From Patescibacteria group bacterium (lineage in GTDB: Bacteria; Patescibacteriota; Patescibacteriia; Patescibacteriales; UBA12465), in the NCBI GenBank assembly GCA_049317985.1, contig JBMOHF010000002.1, forward strand, positions 29,752-93,751: DNA of 64,000 nucleotides, given 5' to 3'. Positions 1 through 9,757 of this stretch are shown in pieces; the stretch's first letter is position 1; every line of letters starts with the position of its first letter. A model generated the notes under the pieces. That model was given only the letters and a program-made list of their open reading frames with translations. It made no database searches and had not been told where the DNA came from. A program made the translations under genes and the position numbers.

Positions 1-129
1 ATTTGTCCAACTAAGATAGGCCATTGCCGGATGAAAATCGATTGAGTCCTGACGGAATACTTCCGCTAAAGAGCCTCGATCATCGGTAAATTTTTCAATT
101 GATTTTATTTTAACACCGTCTATCATAAA
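1..129 (-). CDS. N-terminal fragment of a cupin-fold dTDP-sugar epimerase/isomerase (RmlC/FdtA-like); gene runs off the window edge
   Basis: Reverse-complement translation starting at ATG 129 gives MIDGVKIKSIEKFTDDRGSLAEVFRQDSIDFHPAMAYLSWTN. The FxDxRGxxxExFRQD pattern is typical of the RmlC-like cupin N-terminus. Confidence 0.4.
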
Positions 130-138
130 ATTATTTTT

Positions 139-1125
139 TTATTTTTTAAAATATGGCCTCAAATCAATAATACCATTTTGAGCACCTAAGTTTGAAATTT
201 TCGCGGCAGCATTTTTTGCGGCAATTTTTAAAGAAATTTTTAGATTTCCCCCTGAAAGAAGCAGACCAATTAGAACGGAGGAATTAAAAACATCACCAAT
301 ACCCGTTGTGTCCATCTTGTTTTGTACTTTTACTATTTCTTGGTGATAAAAATCCGAACCATCAAAAGCATCGGCACCATTTACACCGGACGTGATTACC
401 ACCATGCGAGGACCAAAACTTTTCAAAGCAGCTAACAAATTTTCGACCCTCAGAAAAAAACGACGATTCTGATGGCGATAGGCCGGAAAAGAAGAGACTA
501 ATTTAATCGCCTCTTCACGATTCATTAGAAGCAGCTCGGTACGTTTCAAATATGGTGCCAATGCAGCGCCACCAAGACTATACTGTAAAGCTCCTGGATT
601 CCAGGCAAGGTGTAAGTCTTTATCTTTTATTAATACTTTTAAAGTTTTTTCCCAATGACGACCAAGTGATGCTAAATAAATCCAGTCTGCTCCTTTTAAT
701 TTCCCACTTGCAGAATCTTTTAGAAAAAAGTCATCGTTCGCGCATCGATTCGCAAAAATAATCCTGGCGCCCTCTTCTTCGATCAAGACAAAAGAAAAAC
801 CGGTTTCAATTCCCTTCTCAATCATCACTAAATCGGTTTTAATTTTATGTTTTTTAAAATTTGCCAAAATTTCTCGCCCCTCATAATCATCGCCGATCGC
901 TACCGCACAAGAGACGTTAAATCCTGATTTGGAAAAATTAACAGCTGCATTAGCTGCGCCACCACCAAATAAATGATGGAATTTTTCCACCTTGATTTTG
1001 GCACCACGCTCAAAAGCCAAGAGTTCCTGACGCAACAAATCACGATGATTATTAATTATCACGCCACTATCAACAGTGAAGCTAATATCCTTGGTCGCCC
1101 CACCGACCGTTATAATATTTATCAT
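139..1125 (-). CDS. PfkB-family carbohydrate kinase (ribokinase-like)
   Basis: 328-aa ORF with the GGxxxN(A)A motif (GGGAANAAVNFSKSGF) and a C-terminal DTTGIGD anion-hole motif characteristic of the ribokinase/PfkB superfamily. Confidence 0.8.
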   Translation of the reverse strand: MINIITVGGATKDISFTVDSGVIINNHRDLLRQELLAFERGAKIKVEKFHHLFGGGAANAAVNFSKSGFNVSCAVAIGDDYEGREILANFKKHKIKTDLVMIEKGIETGFSFVLIEEEGARIIFANRCANDDFFLKDSASGKLKGADWIYLASLGRHWEKTLKVLIKDKDLHLAWNPGALQYSLGGAALAPYLKRTELLLMNREEAIKLVSSFPAYRHQNRRFFLRVENLLAALKSFGPRMVVITSGVNGADAFDGSDFYHQEIVKVQNKMDTTGIGDVFNSSVLIGLLLSGGNLKISLKIAAKNAAAKISNLGAQNGIIDLRPYFKK

Positions 1126-1146
1126 AAATTTAATATAGCATAAAAA

Positions 1147-1689
1147 CTATCTTTTTTTCAAAAAAACTGGCTTCAAACGGTTATCAACCAGTGACAGGAT
1201 AATAAAAGAGAAACCACAAACAAGAACAGACCAAAAAACTAGATACAACGTCTGTATGATAAAACCTAAAGAAAATAGAAAAAAAATACTGTTTCCGTCT
1301 GATCCAAATGAAAATAATAAATTTAAAAAGCTCCAGATAATTTGATAGACCAAAGAACTAATCATGGTTAAGGCTAAAAATGAAAACAGGGATCGATCGG
1401 TTAACCAGTTATTGAGAATTAATTGTGCCACCAGAACGACTGACAAAAAAGTCAGTAAATAAATACCAAAGGCAGAAAAATGCCAAGAATCCAGGAAAAA
1501 ACCAAAAGAAAGAGAAGCCACAAGAGCTCCTCGTGAACCAAAAAAAATTAAAGATAATAAAATTGATATTAAAGGTAAATTGATCCCCCGAAAAAATGGA
1601 GAAAAATTAGAAACAAAGGAAAACTGCAAAAACACAACCAAGAGTGCGGCAATAACAGCTAAAATTATTCTGAATATTCTAAGAAACAT
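1147..1689 (-). CDS. mreD: rod shape-determining protein MreD (polytopic membrane protein)
   Basis: 180-aa highly hydrophobic multi-TM ORF immediately downstream of mreB-mreC in the conserved mreBCD order. Confidence 0.6.
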   Translation of the reverse strand: MFLRIFRIILAVIAALLVVFLQFSFVSNFSPFFRGINLPLISILLSLIFFGSRGALVASLSFGFFLDSWHFSAFGIYLLTFLSVVLVAQLILNNWLTDRSLFSFLALTMISSLVYQIIWSFLNLLFSFGSDGNSIFFLFSLGFIIQTLYLVFWSVLVCGFSFIILSLVDNRLKPVFLKKR

Positions 1690-1690
1690 A

Positions 1691-2497
1691 CTAAGGTAAA
1701 ACTACCGACACAATTGTTAGGTTATTTAAATCAACAAGTGGCTCGATGGTCGCACTTTGCCAAATCTCATTGCTTTTATTAATTACCTCGGAGACCCTAC
1801 CAATAACCAATCCACGAGGAATTATTTCTCCCAAGCCAGAGGTAATTACCAGGTCATTGAGGTTAATCTTTTCTGTCTGCGGAATGAAATTCATCTTAGT
1901 GGTAAGGCCGAGACTTCCCTCGCTAACCCCAATGGTTTTTTCTTTATTTTGGATGGTCGCCGCTAATTTACAGGAACTGGAAGTGACAAGACAAATTTTT
2001 GCACTACGATCTTTTGATTCCACCACTTTTCCAACGATTACACCGCTTTCATCGATTACCCCCAGACCGACCAATACTCCATCCTTAAAACCTTTATCAA
2101 TAATAATATTTTGACGAGTTTCGTTTTTCTCAGATAGCAGCTCCTGAGCCAAAACGTCAGCATAAATTTTGCGATACTCGTGATTACTAAAAAAATTAAT
2201 AAAAGCTCTTAGTTTATTATTTTCATCCTGAAGTTCACTCACTTTTGCCGAGTCAACCGCCAAATTAGAAATTTTATTCTGACAAGTCGCAAGATCTACC
2301 TCTAAATCACGATTATTTTTGTTAATATCTGAAGACTGGCGATAGAGCCAGTTATTAAAAGGACGCGCTACCGAAAAAATTCTACTCTCTAAAGGATTAA
2401 GTAGACCAGAATAATGACCGATAATTAAAAATAACAAAACCAACAGCGAAACTACGGTCTGGCGATTGATTAAAAAATTTAAACCCTTTCTCTTCAT
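1691..2497 (-). CDS. mreC: rod shape-determining protein MreC
   Basis: 268 aa. N-terminal TM segment, coiled-coil region and a C-terminal beta-rich domain; positioned directly after mreB. Confidence 0.75.
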   Translation of the reverse strand: MKRKGLNFLINRQTVVSLLVLLFLIIGHYSGLLNPLESRIFSVARPFNNWLYRQSSDINKNNRDLEVDLATCQNKISNLAVDSAKVSELQDENNKLRAFINFFSNHEYRKIYADVLAQELLSEKNETRQNIIIDKGFKDGVLVGLGVIDESGVIVGKVVESKDRSAKICLVTSSSCKLAATIQNKEKTIGVSEGSLGLTTKMNFIPQTEKINLNDLVITSGLGEIIPRGLVIGRVSEVINKSNEIWQSATIEPLVDLNNLTIVSVVLP

Positions 2498-2499
2498 AA

Positions 2500-3540
2500 T
2501 TATCCGCTAACGGAAGGCAAGACTACTTTTTCTAATAATTCTTTGTTAGCCAAAAGATATCCCGTACCACGCGCAACACAAGTTAGTGGGTCATCAACTA
2601 TTTTGACGGGAATTTTGGCGGCAATTGAGATTGCTTTATCCAAACCTCGCAGCAAAGCCCCTCCACCAGAGAGAAAAATACCTTTCTCATAGATATCAGC
2701 AACAAGCTCCGGTGGAGTAGTTTCTAAAATAATTTTTATCTGTTCAATAATTTTAATGATTGTCCGAGAGATTGCTTCTCTGATTTGCTTGTCAGTGACA
2801 ACAACTGCTTTTGGTAAACCATTTACCAAATCTCTCCCTCTCACTTCTAACTCTTTTGGCTCATCTAAGGGCATCGCTGAACCAATGGTTAATTTTATTT
2901 TTTCGGCAACCTGTTCACCAATTAAAATATTAAATTCCTCTCTAATATACTCAATGATATTGCTATCAAATTCATTTCCCGCCAAACGAAGAGATTTCCA
3001 AGTGACAACTCCCCCCAACGAAATAACTGCTATTTCAGTGGTACCCCCACCAATATCAACAATCATCGTGGCGGTCGCTTCAGTAACCGGTAAACGCGCA
3101 CCAATTGCCGCTGCCATTGCTTCTTCGATTAAATATACTTTACGAGCGCCAGCTGAGCGAGCGGCATCTTCGACTGCTTTCTTTTCAACCTCAGTAAGAT
3201 CGGAAGGAATGCCTATTACCACGCGTGGTCTTTGAAAAATTGCAAAATTTTCTTGGTGCACTTTGCCAATAAAATATTTAATCATTTTTTCCGTGACTTC
3301 AAAATCAGAAATCACTCCATCAACTAGAGGGCGAATTGCCTCAATATGACCAGGAGTTTTACCAATCATTTTTCGGGCATTTTCACCAACCTCTAAAATT
3401 TCATTGGTCCGTTTGTTAATCGCTACCACTGATGGTTCATTAATTACCACACCCTTTTCACCAACAAAAACCAGCGTATTTTTTGTACCCAAATCAATTC
3501 CTAAATCATGACTAAAACGATTAAATAAATTTTTGAACAT
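2500..3540 (-). CDS. mreB: rod shape-determining protein MreB (actin homologue)
   Basis: DLGTKNTLVFV phosphate-1 motif, DIGGGTTEIAV phosphate-2 motif and an actin/Hsp70 fold signature throughout. The true start is probably the internal Met (MFKNLF) at 3540. Confidence 0.95.
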   Translation of the reverse strand: MFKNLFNRFSHDLGIDLGTKNTLVFVGEKGVVINEPSVVAINKRTNEILEVGENARKMIGKTPGHIEAIRPLVDGVISDFEVTEKMIKYFIGKVHQENFAIFQRPRVVIGIPSDLTEVEKKAVEDAARSAGARKVYLIEEAMAAAIGARLPVTEATATMIVDIGGGTTEIAVISLGGVVTWKSLRLAGNEFDSNIIEYIREEFNILIGEQVAEKIKLTIGSAMPLDEPKELEVRGRDLVNGLPKAVVVTDKQIREAISRTIIKIIEQIKIILETTPPELVADIYEKGIFLSGGGALLRGLDKAISIAAKIPVKIVDDPLTCVARGTGYLLANKELLEKVVLPSVSG

Positions 3541-4747
3541 AGGCTTCAATTTTTATTTTTTCAGATTTATCAGTATTGCGAAGTTTTAATTCCAAAGACT
3601 CTTCCGCTAAAGTTTTGGCACTAACAACAATTCTTTCTGGGATACCGATCAAATCAGCATCGGCAAATTTCTCACCCGCGGAAACGTCTCGGTCATCAAA
3701 TAAAACTTCCACTCCCAAATCTACCAGGCGATTGTAAAGTTTTTCGGCCTCTTCGTCAGCTTTCAGTGACAAGAGGTGAACTTGAAACGGCGCTAAATCT
3801 TTTGGCCAAGCCAAACCTTTTTCGTCGTGATAAATTTCCACGATTGTTCCCATCAAACGACTTGGGCCAATTCCGTAACAACCCATCACAACCTCCTCGC
3901 TTGTACCTTCTGGTGTGGTGAATTTTAGATTACAAGGATTTGAAAAACGAGTGCCAAGCTTGAAAATATTTCCTACTTCGATTGCCTTGTCTTCACGTAG
4001 CTCAGTGTTACCGCAAACTGGGCAAGCACTTTGTTCTTCGATAATTTCTCGATTGATTGCTACTTTGCAATGATCACAAATATAGATATGATCTTCGCCC
4101 GCTTCGGTGACCGTTTGGAATTCATGAGAATATTTAGAGAAGGCACCGCCGGAAGCATAAGTTAAATAGGTAATTTCTCCTAAACCTAATCTTTCGTAGA
4201 TTCTGTAATATGCCGCTTTCGCTACTTCATAAAAGCGATCCAAATCTTCTTGGCTGGTATGAAAAGAATACTGATCTTTCATTAAAAACTCTCTGCCGCG
4301 AATCAGCCCCGCCTTCGCTCGCTTTTCATTGCGAAACTTGGTTTGAATCTGATAAATAGACATTGGTAACTCGCGATAGGAAAAGATATATTTCTTGGCG
4401 AGCGGCGTAACAACTTCTTCATGAGTTGCTCCAAGAGCATATTCGCGACTATCACTACCGGTTAACTTGAATAAGGCGTCAAAATTCTCCCAACGACCAG
4501 TGGTTTCCCAAAATTCTTTTGGCACTAAAGAAGGCATCAAAATTTCTTGTCCACCAGTAGAATTTATTTCTTCGCGGATGATTTTCAAAATTTTATCCAT
4601 TACCCTTAAGCCAAGAGGTAAAAAGGTGTAGATGCCAGCCCCGACCTTGTCAACAAAGCCTGCCCGCATTAAAGTTTTGGCGTTCAAGCTTACTTCGTCC
4701 TTCGGAGCATCTTTTGATGTTTTTGTAAATAAAAATGATTGTTTCAT
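3521..4747 (-). CDS. proS: proline--tRNA ligase (bacterial type lacking the INS editing domain)
   Basis: Class II motifs: YQIQTKFRNE, REFLMKDQYSFH, LMRAGF...GIYTFLPLG N-terminus, and a zinc-binding CxxC...CxxC segment. 408 aa. Confidence 0.9.
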   Translation of the reverse strand: MKQSFLFTKTSKDAPKDEVSLNAKTLMRAGFVDKVGAGIYTFLPLGLRVMDKILKIIREEINSTGGQEILMPSLVPKEFWETTGRWENFDALFKLTGSDSREYALGATHEEVVTPLAKKYIFSYRELPMSIYQIQTKFRNEKRAKAGLIRGREFLMKDQYSFHTSQEDLDRFYEVAKAAYYRIYERLGLGEITYLTYASGGAFSKYSHEFQTVTEAGEDHIYICDHCKVAINREIIEEQSACPVCGNTELREDKAIEVGNIFKLGTRFSNPCNLKFTTPEGTSEEVVMGCYGIGPSRLMGTIVEIYHDEKGLAWPKDLAPFQVHLLSLKADEEAEKLYNRLVDLGVEVLFDDRDVSAGEKFADADLIGIPERIVVSAKTLAEESLELKLRNTDKSEKIKIEAYVQKFI

Positions 4748-4789
4748 AACACTTATATCCTAGTAAAAATGGGTGCAAAAGTCAAAATT

Positions 4790-5374
4790 TTAATTATTGA
4801 TTTTTTTTAAGGCAAACTTCACGCGCTCAGAGCTTTTTGTATATTCTGCTGGCACTCGATTAAGGGCTTCCCTGGCTTCCGGTAATGAATATCCCAGGGC
4901 CATTAAGGCATCTATTTCGTCGTTAGTTGAGACACTTAAGGTTGATTCAGATAGCGAAGTGCCGCTTGAGATTTTTAGAACCTTACTTTTCAGCTCGAGT
5001 ACTAATCTCTCTGCCGTTTTTTTACCAATACCCGAAACCTTGGTGAGTAACCCAGCGTCACCGCGAATAATCGCTTCCTTGACATCTTCCGCCTCCGCTA
5101 AGGCTAAAACTGCTAAGGCCGACTTTGGTCCAACACCAGAAACCGATAATAATAATTGAAATAATTCCAAGTCTGTAAAATTCTTAAAACCATAGAGATC
5201 GTCTTGCTCTTCTCTGACTTGATGATGGAGATATAGCTCGATTTCCTCACCAACCCTTAGTGGTACTAAGAAGTTTTCCGGTAAAAAAATCTGATAACCG
5301 ATCGTATCGTTAACTACGACAATCGCTGCCGAATTATTTTTATGAATTACTTTTCCTTTAATGTAGGCTAACAT
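4790..5374 (-). CDS. ruvA: Holliday junction branch migration protein RuvA
   Basis: N-terminal OB domain (MLAYIKGKV...), a helix-hairpin-helix pair (LLSVSGVGPKSALAVL; VSGIGKKTAERL) and a C-terminal RuvB-interacting domain. Confidence 0.9.
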   Translation of the reverse strand: MLAYIKGKVIHKNNSAAIVVVNDTIGYQIFLPENFLVPLRVGEEIELYLHHQVREEQDDLYGFKNFTDLELFQLLLSVSGVGPKSALAVLALAEAEDVKEAIIRGDAGLLTKVSGIGKKTAERLVLELKSKVLKISSGTSLSESTLSVSTNDEIDALMALGYSLPEAREALNRVPAEYTKSSERVKFALKKINN

Positions 5375-5379
5375 AATTT

Positions 5380-6597
5380 TTAATTATTTTTCTGACGACA
5401 CAAAACCGCTCCGACCGGAATGTCTGGGCAATTTTTTGGTAAATCAAGCATCGCAATCTGACTGCCGCCACCACCGTGTGCTTCTGTGATTTCAGCACCG
5501 CCTTTAGCAGTAAATAAATGCTTCGGCTTTAATTTGATTATATCATAACCGGGTAAAATTAGCTCCAGATTATCACCCACCTTGACGGTGTTATGAACTT
5601 TAAAAGAGATCCTATTAGCGTCTTGAGAAAGTACTTGCCCGCAGAACTCCCAGTTGCTTAAATAGTGAGATGATTCGGTATTTTGAGCAGCCTTTTCTTT
5701 CAACAAAAACCCCGTGGTATAGCCACGATTTACTAATTTATCTTTTAATTCTTTGGCGAGAAAATTTAGTTCTTTCTGATCTTTCGTCTTTAGGGCTCGG
5801 CGATAAACGCCACAAACCAAGGCTTGATAATATACACTCTTGGCACGTCCTTCGATTTTGAAAGAGGTAACACCGGCGTCTTTCAGATCTTTTAAATGTT
5901 TAATTAGACAAAGGTCTTTTGAATTTAATAAATATGAGCCGTGCTCTTCGCTCACGAGTTCAAATTCTTCCTCATGATTTTTTGCTTTAATCGAATATTC
6001 AAAGCGGCAAGGCTGAGCGCAGTCACCAAGGTTGCCGCTACGATTCAACATTTCTTTAGACAAGAAGCAACGTCCAGAATAAGCCATGCACATTGCACCG
6101 TGAACAAAATATTCTAATTCCATTCTTGGAACGGCTTTGTGAATTTCCTTAATTTCCGCTAAGGTCACTTCTCTTCCCAAAACAATGCGAGAAACGCCAT
6201 TTTTCAACCAAAACTTGGCAGCCGAAGAGTTTGTGCAATTAGCCTGAGTAGAGAGATGAATCTCGGCTTCCGGCCAAACCTCTTTGATGATTTGAATGAT
6301 ACCTGGGTCGGAAACAATTAAGGCGTCTGGTTGAGCTTTTTTTAATAACTTAAGATAAGCCGGCAATTTCTTGAGGTGTTCTTGATGCGCGAAGATATTT
6401 ACAGTTACATAAACCTTTTTACCAAGATAATGAGCATACTTAATACCTTCAATAATTTGCGGAAAGTCAAAGTCGTTAATCCGAACACGCAAAGAAAAAT
6501 CGGGGATGCCAAGATAGACGGCATCGGCACCGTATAAAAAAGCGGTTTTGAGTTTTTCTAAGTTACCGGCTGGGGCAAGAAGTTCTAAATTTTTCAT
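5380..6597 (-). CDS. peptidase U32 family protein (collagenase-like PrtC/YhbU type)
   Basis: N-terminal ELLAPAGNLEKLKTAFLYGADAVYLG U32 signature and a conserved E..C motif; 405 aa. Confidence 0.85.
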   Translation of the reverse strand: MKNLELLAPAGNLEKLKTAFLYGADAVYLGIPDFSLRVRINDFDFPQIIEGIKYAHYLGKKVYVTVNIFAHQEHLKKLPAYLKLLKKAQPDALIVSDPGIIQIIKEVWPEAEIHLSTQANCTNSSAAKFWLKNGVSRIVLGREVTLAEIKEIHKAVPRMELEYFVHGAMCMAYSGRCFLSKEMLNRSGNLGDCAQPCRFEYSIKAKNHEEEFELVSEEHGSYLLNSKDLCLIKHLKDLKDAGVTSFKIEGRAKSVYYQALVCGVYRRALKTKDQKELNFLAKELKDKLVNRGYTTGFLLKEKAAQNTESSHYLSNWEFCGQVLSQDANRISFKVHNTVKVGDNLELILPGYDIIKLKPKHLFTAKGGAEITEAHGGGGSQIAMLDLPKNCPDIPVGAVLCRQKNN

Positions 6598-6739
6598 ATA
6601 TAAATATTGAAGTTTAAAAATGGGTGGTTTTAAGTCTATGGCGTTATAGACTTAAAACTGATGATTCTATCGTAGCTGCAAAATTTGGATTAATTATCAG
6701 TATTATAGGGGAAAATTGGGAAAATTGAAAGGATGATAA

Positions 6740-6776
6740 TAAAAAAGCCCTTATCACGTTTGAAGTGATAAGGGCT
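6740..6776 (-). terminator. rho-independent terminator downstream of the 6784..7311 gene
   Basis: 12-bp perfect stem (AGCCCTTATCAC / GTGATAAGGGCT) with a 7-nt loop, followed on the minus strand by a UUUUUUAUU tract. Confidence 0.6.
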
Positions 6777-6783
6777 GCTAATC

Positions 6784-7311
6784 TTAATAACGATTAGTAG
6801 CGGGACTTCCCGGATCGTCGTAATCATTCTTTGGTCTTGTTGTATTTTTATTATTTTGAATTGTTCCTATGTGATAACAATCGTCTTCTACCCTTGGTCT
6901 TCGACTTTTCTCATTATTTTTACCTAATTTCGACAAACTTACAATTAAAAATGCAATTAAAAATGCAATCCCGAGAAGTATTAAAATAAATGCCAAAAAA
7001 GTTATGTGCTTAGTTGGTTCTTTAACAATTATTTCCACAATTTTAAAATCTTTTTTTGTGCGGATAGCCATCTTGTACGTGAAACCATAAGATTGCGTTA
7101 ACCAAAAATCTGCTTTATTATAAGTGCAATAATTAACCGTGTCATAACAAGATATCCCAATTAAATTAACTTCTTTCAGTTTATCTAGTGGAATACTTTT
7201 TCCGTTGTTGACAGAAGACACATCTTCTTTTTTTGTTACATTGTTTAGCTCCTGACTGAAGCCTTCCGAAATGATCGCAAATATTCCTAAAAGTAATACT
7301 AACTTTTTCAT
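6784..7311 (-). CDS. hypothetical exported protein (signal peptide plus C-terminal TM anchor)
   Basis: 175 aa. N-terminal MKKLVLLLGIFAIISEGFS signal-like segment and a second hydrophobic segment (ITFLAFILILLGIAFLIAFLIV). No recognisable family. Confidence 0.45.
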   Translation of the reverse strand: MKKLVLLLGIFAIISEGFSQELNNVTKKEDVSSVNNGKSIPLDKLKEVNLIGISCYDTVNYCTYNKADFWLTQSYGFTYKMAIRTKKDFKIVEIIVKEPTKHITFLAFILILLGIAFLIAFLIVSLSKLGKNNEKSRRPRVEDDCYHIGTIQNNKNTTRPKNDYDDPGSPATNRY

Positions 7312-7435
7312 GTTTACATATTTTTAAAGAATAGTGCTTCTTGGTTTTATTGGCTCACTAGCCACCAATTACACGTATGATATTTTTACACTAAATTGAT
7401 GTTATTGTCAATACTTATGATCTTTTTATTCAAAA

Positions 7436-7466
7436 AAGAGCCAAAAAAGGCTTTATTTCTCTTATA
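7436..7466 (-). terminator. rho-independent terminator downstream of the 7520..8506 gene
   Basis: On the minus strand, AAGCC-UUUUUU-GGCUC hairpin followed by UUUUUUGAAUAAAAAG. Confidence 0.4.
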
Positions 7467-7519
7467 GCAAGTGCTAAAAATGTAAGAATTCTTTGGAAAT
7501 TTCTTTGGGATTAATGACT

Positions 7520-8506
7520 TTAACCCTCAATTATTTCCCTTTCTAGCAAAAATATATCTTGCAGCTCTTTAACCTTATTCTTTACCTCACGACTTTCGGG
7601 GTTAAATGACTCCCAAACCACCGGATCTCCACGTAAGCCATAAATCATGATTCCCTTTTTTTGTTTAGCAATGTTTTGTAGACCATGTAACTCCGACCTT
7701 GATTCGTCCGGCGCAATATTCAACTGAACTTTTAACGATTCTTGTTTTAGTTGAGTTTGTTCTTGTTTTTTTCTGGCAACAAAGCTTTTAATATAATCAG
7801 CGACATCTTCTCTTGGGTAGCCATATACGTAGCCACCGCGAAAAGCTTTTTCAAAATCACCCTCTTTGGCACTTCCTATTAATTGTTTGTATAACAAGTG
7901 CCAATCATTTCTTGCGAGGCCAATTTCTTCTTGAGAAAATACTCCCGATTCCTCAAGTGCCTTCACGACATTTTTATTATTATACACATCTACGTGGGAT
8001 AGATTAGCCAGGCCGGACCTTTTGTCTTGCCAGATTACTGAATCACAACCAAATTCTTTGATAATATTTTGAAATTTTGAGAAATCTTTTTTACTTACCC
8101 CGCCGCTCATGACCGTAAACAAAAATTTCTCTTCTTTGATAAAACATGACTCTGACGCTGGTTTTGCGCCCGCTAAAACAGCGGAGATACTTGAGTCCAG
8201 AAGCATATTTTTAACATTTTCCCCGATATGGCTTCGACCCAGTATTTCTTTCAACTTTTTAAAAGTATCAATCACTTCTACTTTTCTTTCAGGTGTGAGG
8301 GAGTCTTCTTTTTTATTTTCATTTTCAGCAGCTTTAATTTCTTGTCTCAAATTTTCGATTTCAAGAGAATCAGCTTTTCTAATTTTATCTTTTTTGTCTA
8401 CAAAAGCGTTATCGGTTTCTATGTTTGACAAATCAAACGTCACAACTTCTGGTTCAGGAATGTTTTCTCTCCTATTTTTATTGATGAAACCTTGCTCTAT
8501 ATTCAT
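7520..8506 (-). CDS. hypothetical protein (charged, Lys/Glu-rich N-terminal half)
   Basis: Long ORF with no recognisable motif. Start placed at internal MNIEQGF (8506) to remove the overlap with tyrS. Confidence 0.45.
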   Translation of the reverse strand: MNIEQGFINKNRRENIPEPEVVTFDLSNIETDNAFVDKKDKIRKADSLEIENLRQEIKAAENENKKEDSLTPERKVEVIDTFKKLKEILGRSHIGENVKNMLLDSSISAVLAGAKPASESCFIKEEKFLFTVMSGGVSKKDFSKFQNIIKEFGCDSVIWQDKRSGLANLSHVDVYNNKNVVKALEESGVFSQEEIGLARNDWHLLYKQLIGSAKEGDFEKAFRGGYVYGYPREDVADYIKSFVARKKQEQTQLKQESLKVQLNIAPDESRSELHGLQNIAKQKKGIMIYGLRGDPVVWESFNPESREVKNKVKELQDIFLLEREIIEG

Positions 8507-8540
8507 AAAAAATATCCCAAATATTAATTTTATGTCTATT

Positions 8541-9740
8541 CTACTTAACAATCCTAAACCAATCTTTTTTCCCCGCTTTTAGGACCAACCCTTCAGTTGG
8601 AATGCTAATTTTTTCTTGCCCGTCTGACTTCACATCCTCTTCAATTTTTACTGCGCCTTGATCAAGTAAACGGCGTAAATCTGAACCACTCTTTTTTGGT
8701 AAACACTTTTTTAAAACATTCATCAATACTTCTTCAGAGACTCCTACTGAAATTTCCGCCAAATCCATTGGCGCTTCCCTCTTTTGAAATTTCTGCACGA
8801 AGTTTTCTTGGGCATGATTTGCTGCCTCTTCTCCTTTAATTAATTTCACAATCTCCCAAGCGGTTTTCATTTTGGCGTCACGCGGATTTTCTGATTTTAA
8901 TAACTCTTCTATTTCTTTCAAGGGAATTCTAGTATTGTTCACAAGGAATACTTTTATCATCTCATCCGGCTGACTCATGATGGCGCCATACATTTCTTCT
9001 CCCGAAAAACTTAAGAAGATACCGGTCCCGCGACTCTTGGACATCAATTCACCCGTCACTGGATTCTCCATCAAATTTACAGCCATGACAAACTTGTCTT
9101 TATTTTTTAATTTCTTAAGCAAGGTACGACCGACAAGAGCGTTGAAGATTTGGTCCGTACCACACATCTCAACATCGACTTCCATTGCGACGCTGTCATA
9201 ACCTTGCATGATTGGGTATAAAAACTCGTGCAAGAAAATCGGCTTCTCGTCTTTGATTCTTTTTTGAAACATATCTCGCTCCAACATCTGCTGGACTGTA
9301 ACATTAGAGGCCAAATTAACAACTTCTTCCATTGTTAACTTGGAAAGCCAGTCGTGATTATACATCACCTTCGCTGGATTTTCTTTGTCAGTAAAATTCA
9401 TCAAAGGTTTGATTTGTGCTAACCAGTCTTCAGTATTTTTCATCACCTCTTCACGGCTCAATTGCTGACGAGTAGAAGTCTTGCCACTTGGATCGCCAAT
9501 ACGGGCGGTAAAATCACCAAAAAGAACAATCACTTCGTGACCTAGTTTTCTGAAATCCTCCAAGAGCATGTAGTTCTTGGCATGACTCAGATGCAAAGAA
9601 TTAAAAGTGGCATCAGCGCCAATATAAAAACGTAGCTTTTCGCTAATCAATCTTTTTCTTAATTCTTTCTTGTCTGGCAGAATTGAAACGATAATTCCCC
9701 GATCCAAGATTTCATCAACTAATTGTTCTTTACTGGACAT
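8541..9740 (-). CDS. tyrS: tyrosine--tRNA ligase
   Basis: HIGH-region variant (NSLHLSH), GDFTARIGDPSGK signature, KMSKS-like ELMSKSRG, and a C-terminal S4-like domain (LRRLLDQGAVKIEE). Confidence 0.9.
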   Translation of the reverse strand: MSSKEQLVDEILDRGIIVSILPDKKELRKRLISEKLRFYIGADATFNSLHLSHAKNYMLLEDFRKLGHEVIVLFGDFTARIGDPSGKTSTRQQLSREEVMKNTEDWLAQIKPLMNFTDKENPAKVMYNHDWLSKLTMEEVVNLASNVTVQQMLERDMFQKRIKDEKPIFLHEFLYPIMQGYDSVAMEVDVEMCGTDQIFNALVGRTLLKKLKNKDKFVMAVNLMENPVTGELMSKSRGTGIFLSFSGEEMYGAIMSQPDEMIKVFLVNNTRIPLKEIEELLKSENPRDAKMKTAWEIVKLIKGEEAANHAQENFVQKFQKREAPMDLAEISVGVSEEVLMNVLKKCLPKKSGSDLRRLLDQGAVKIEEDVKSDGQEKISIPTEGLVLKAGKKDWFRIVK

Positions 9741-9757
9741 ATTATTTTAATAAGTAA

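Noticed and set aside
552-761. Numerous 60-160-aa plus-strand ORFs embedded antisense within long minus-strand genes, for example 552..761, 2756..3235, 8109..8582, 25113..25589, 40469..41101, 41825..42384, 56634..57166.
   Set aside because: They overlap well-supported conserved genes on the opposite strand, have low-complexity or biased composition and no motifs. Treated as six-frame noise.
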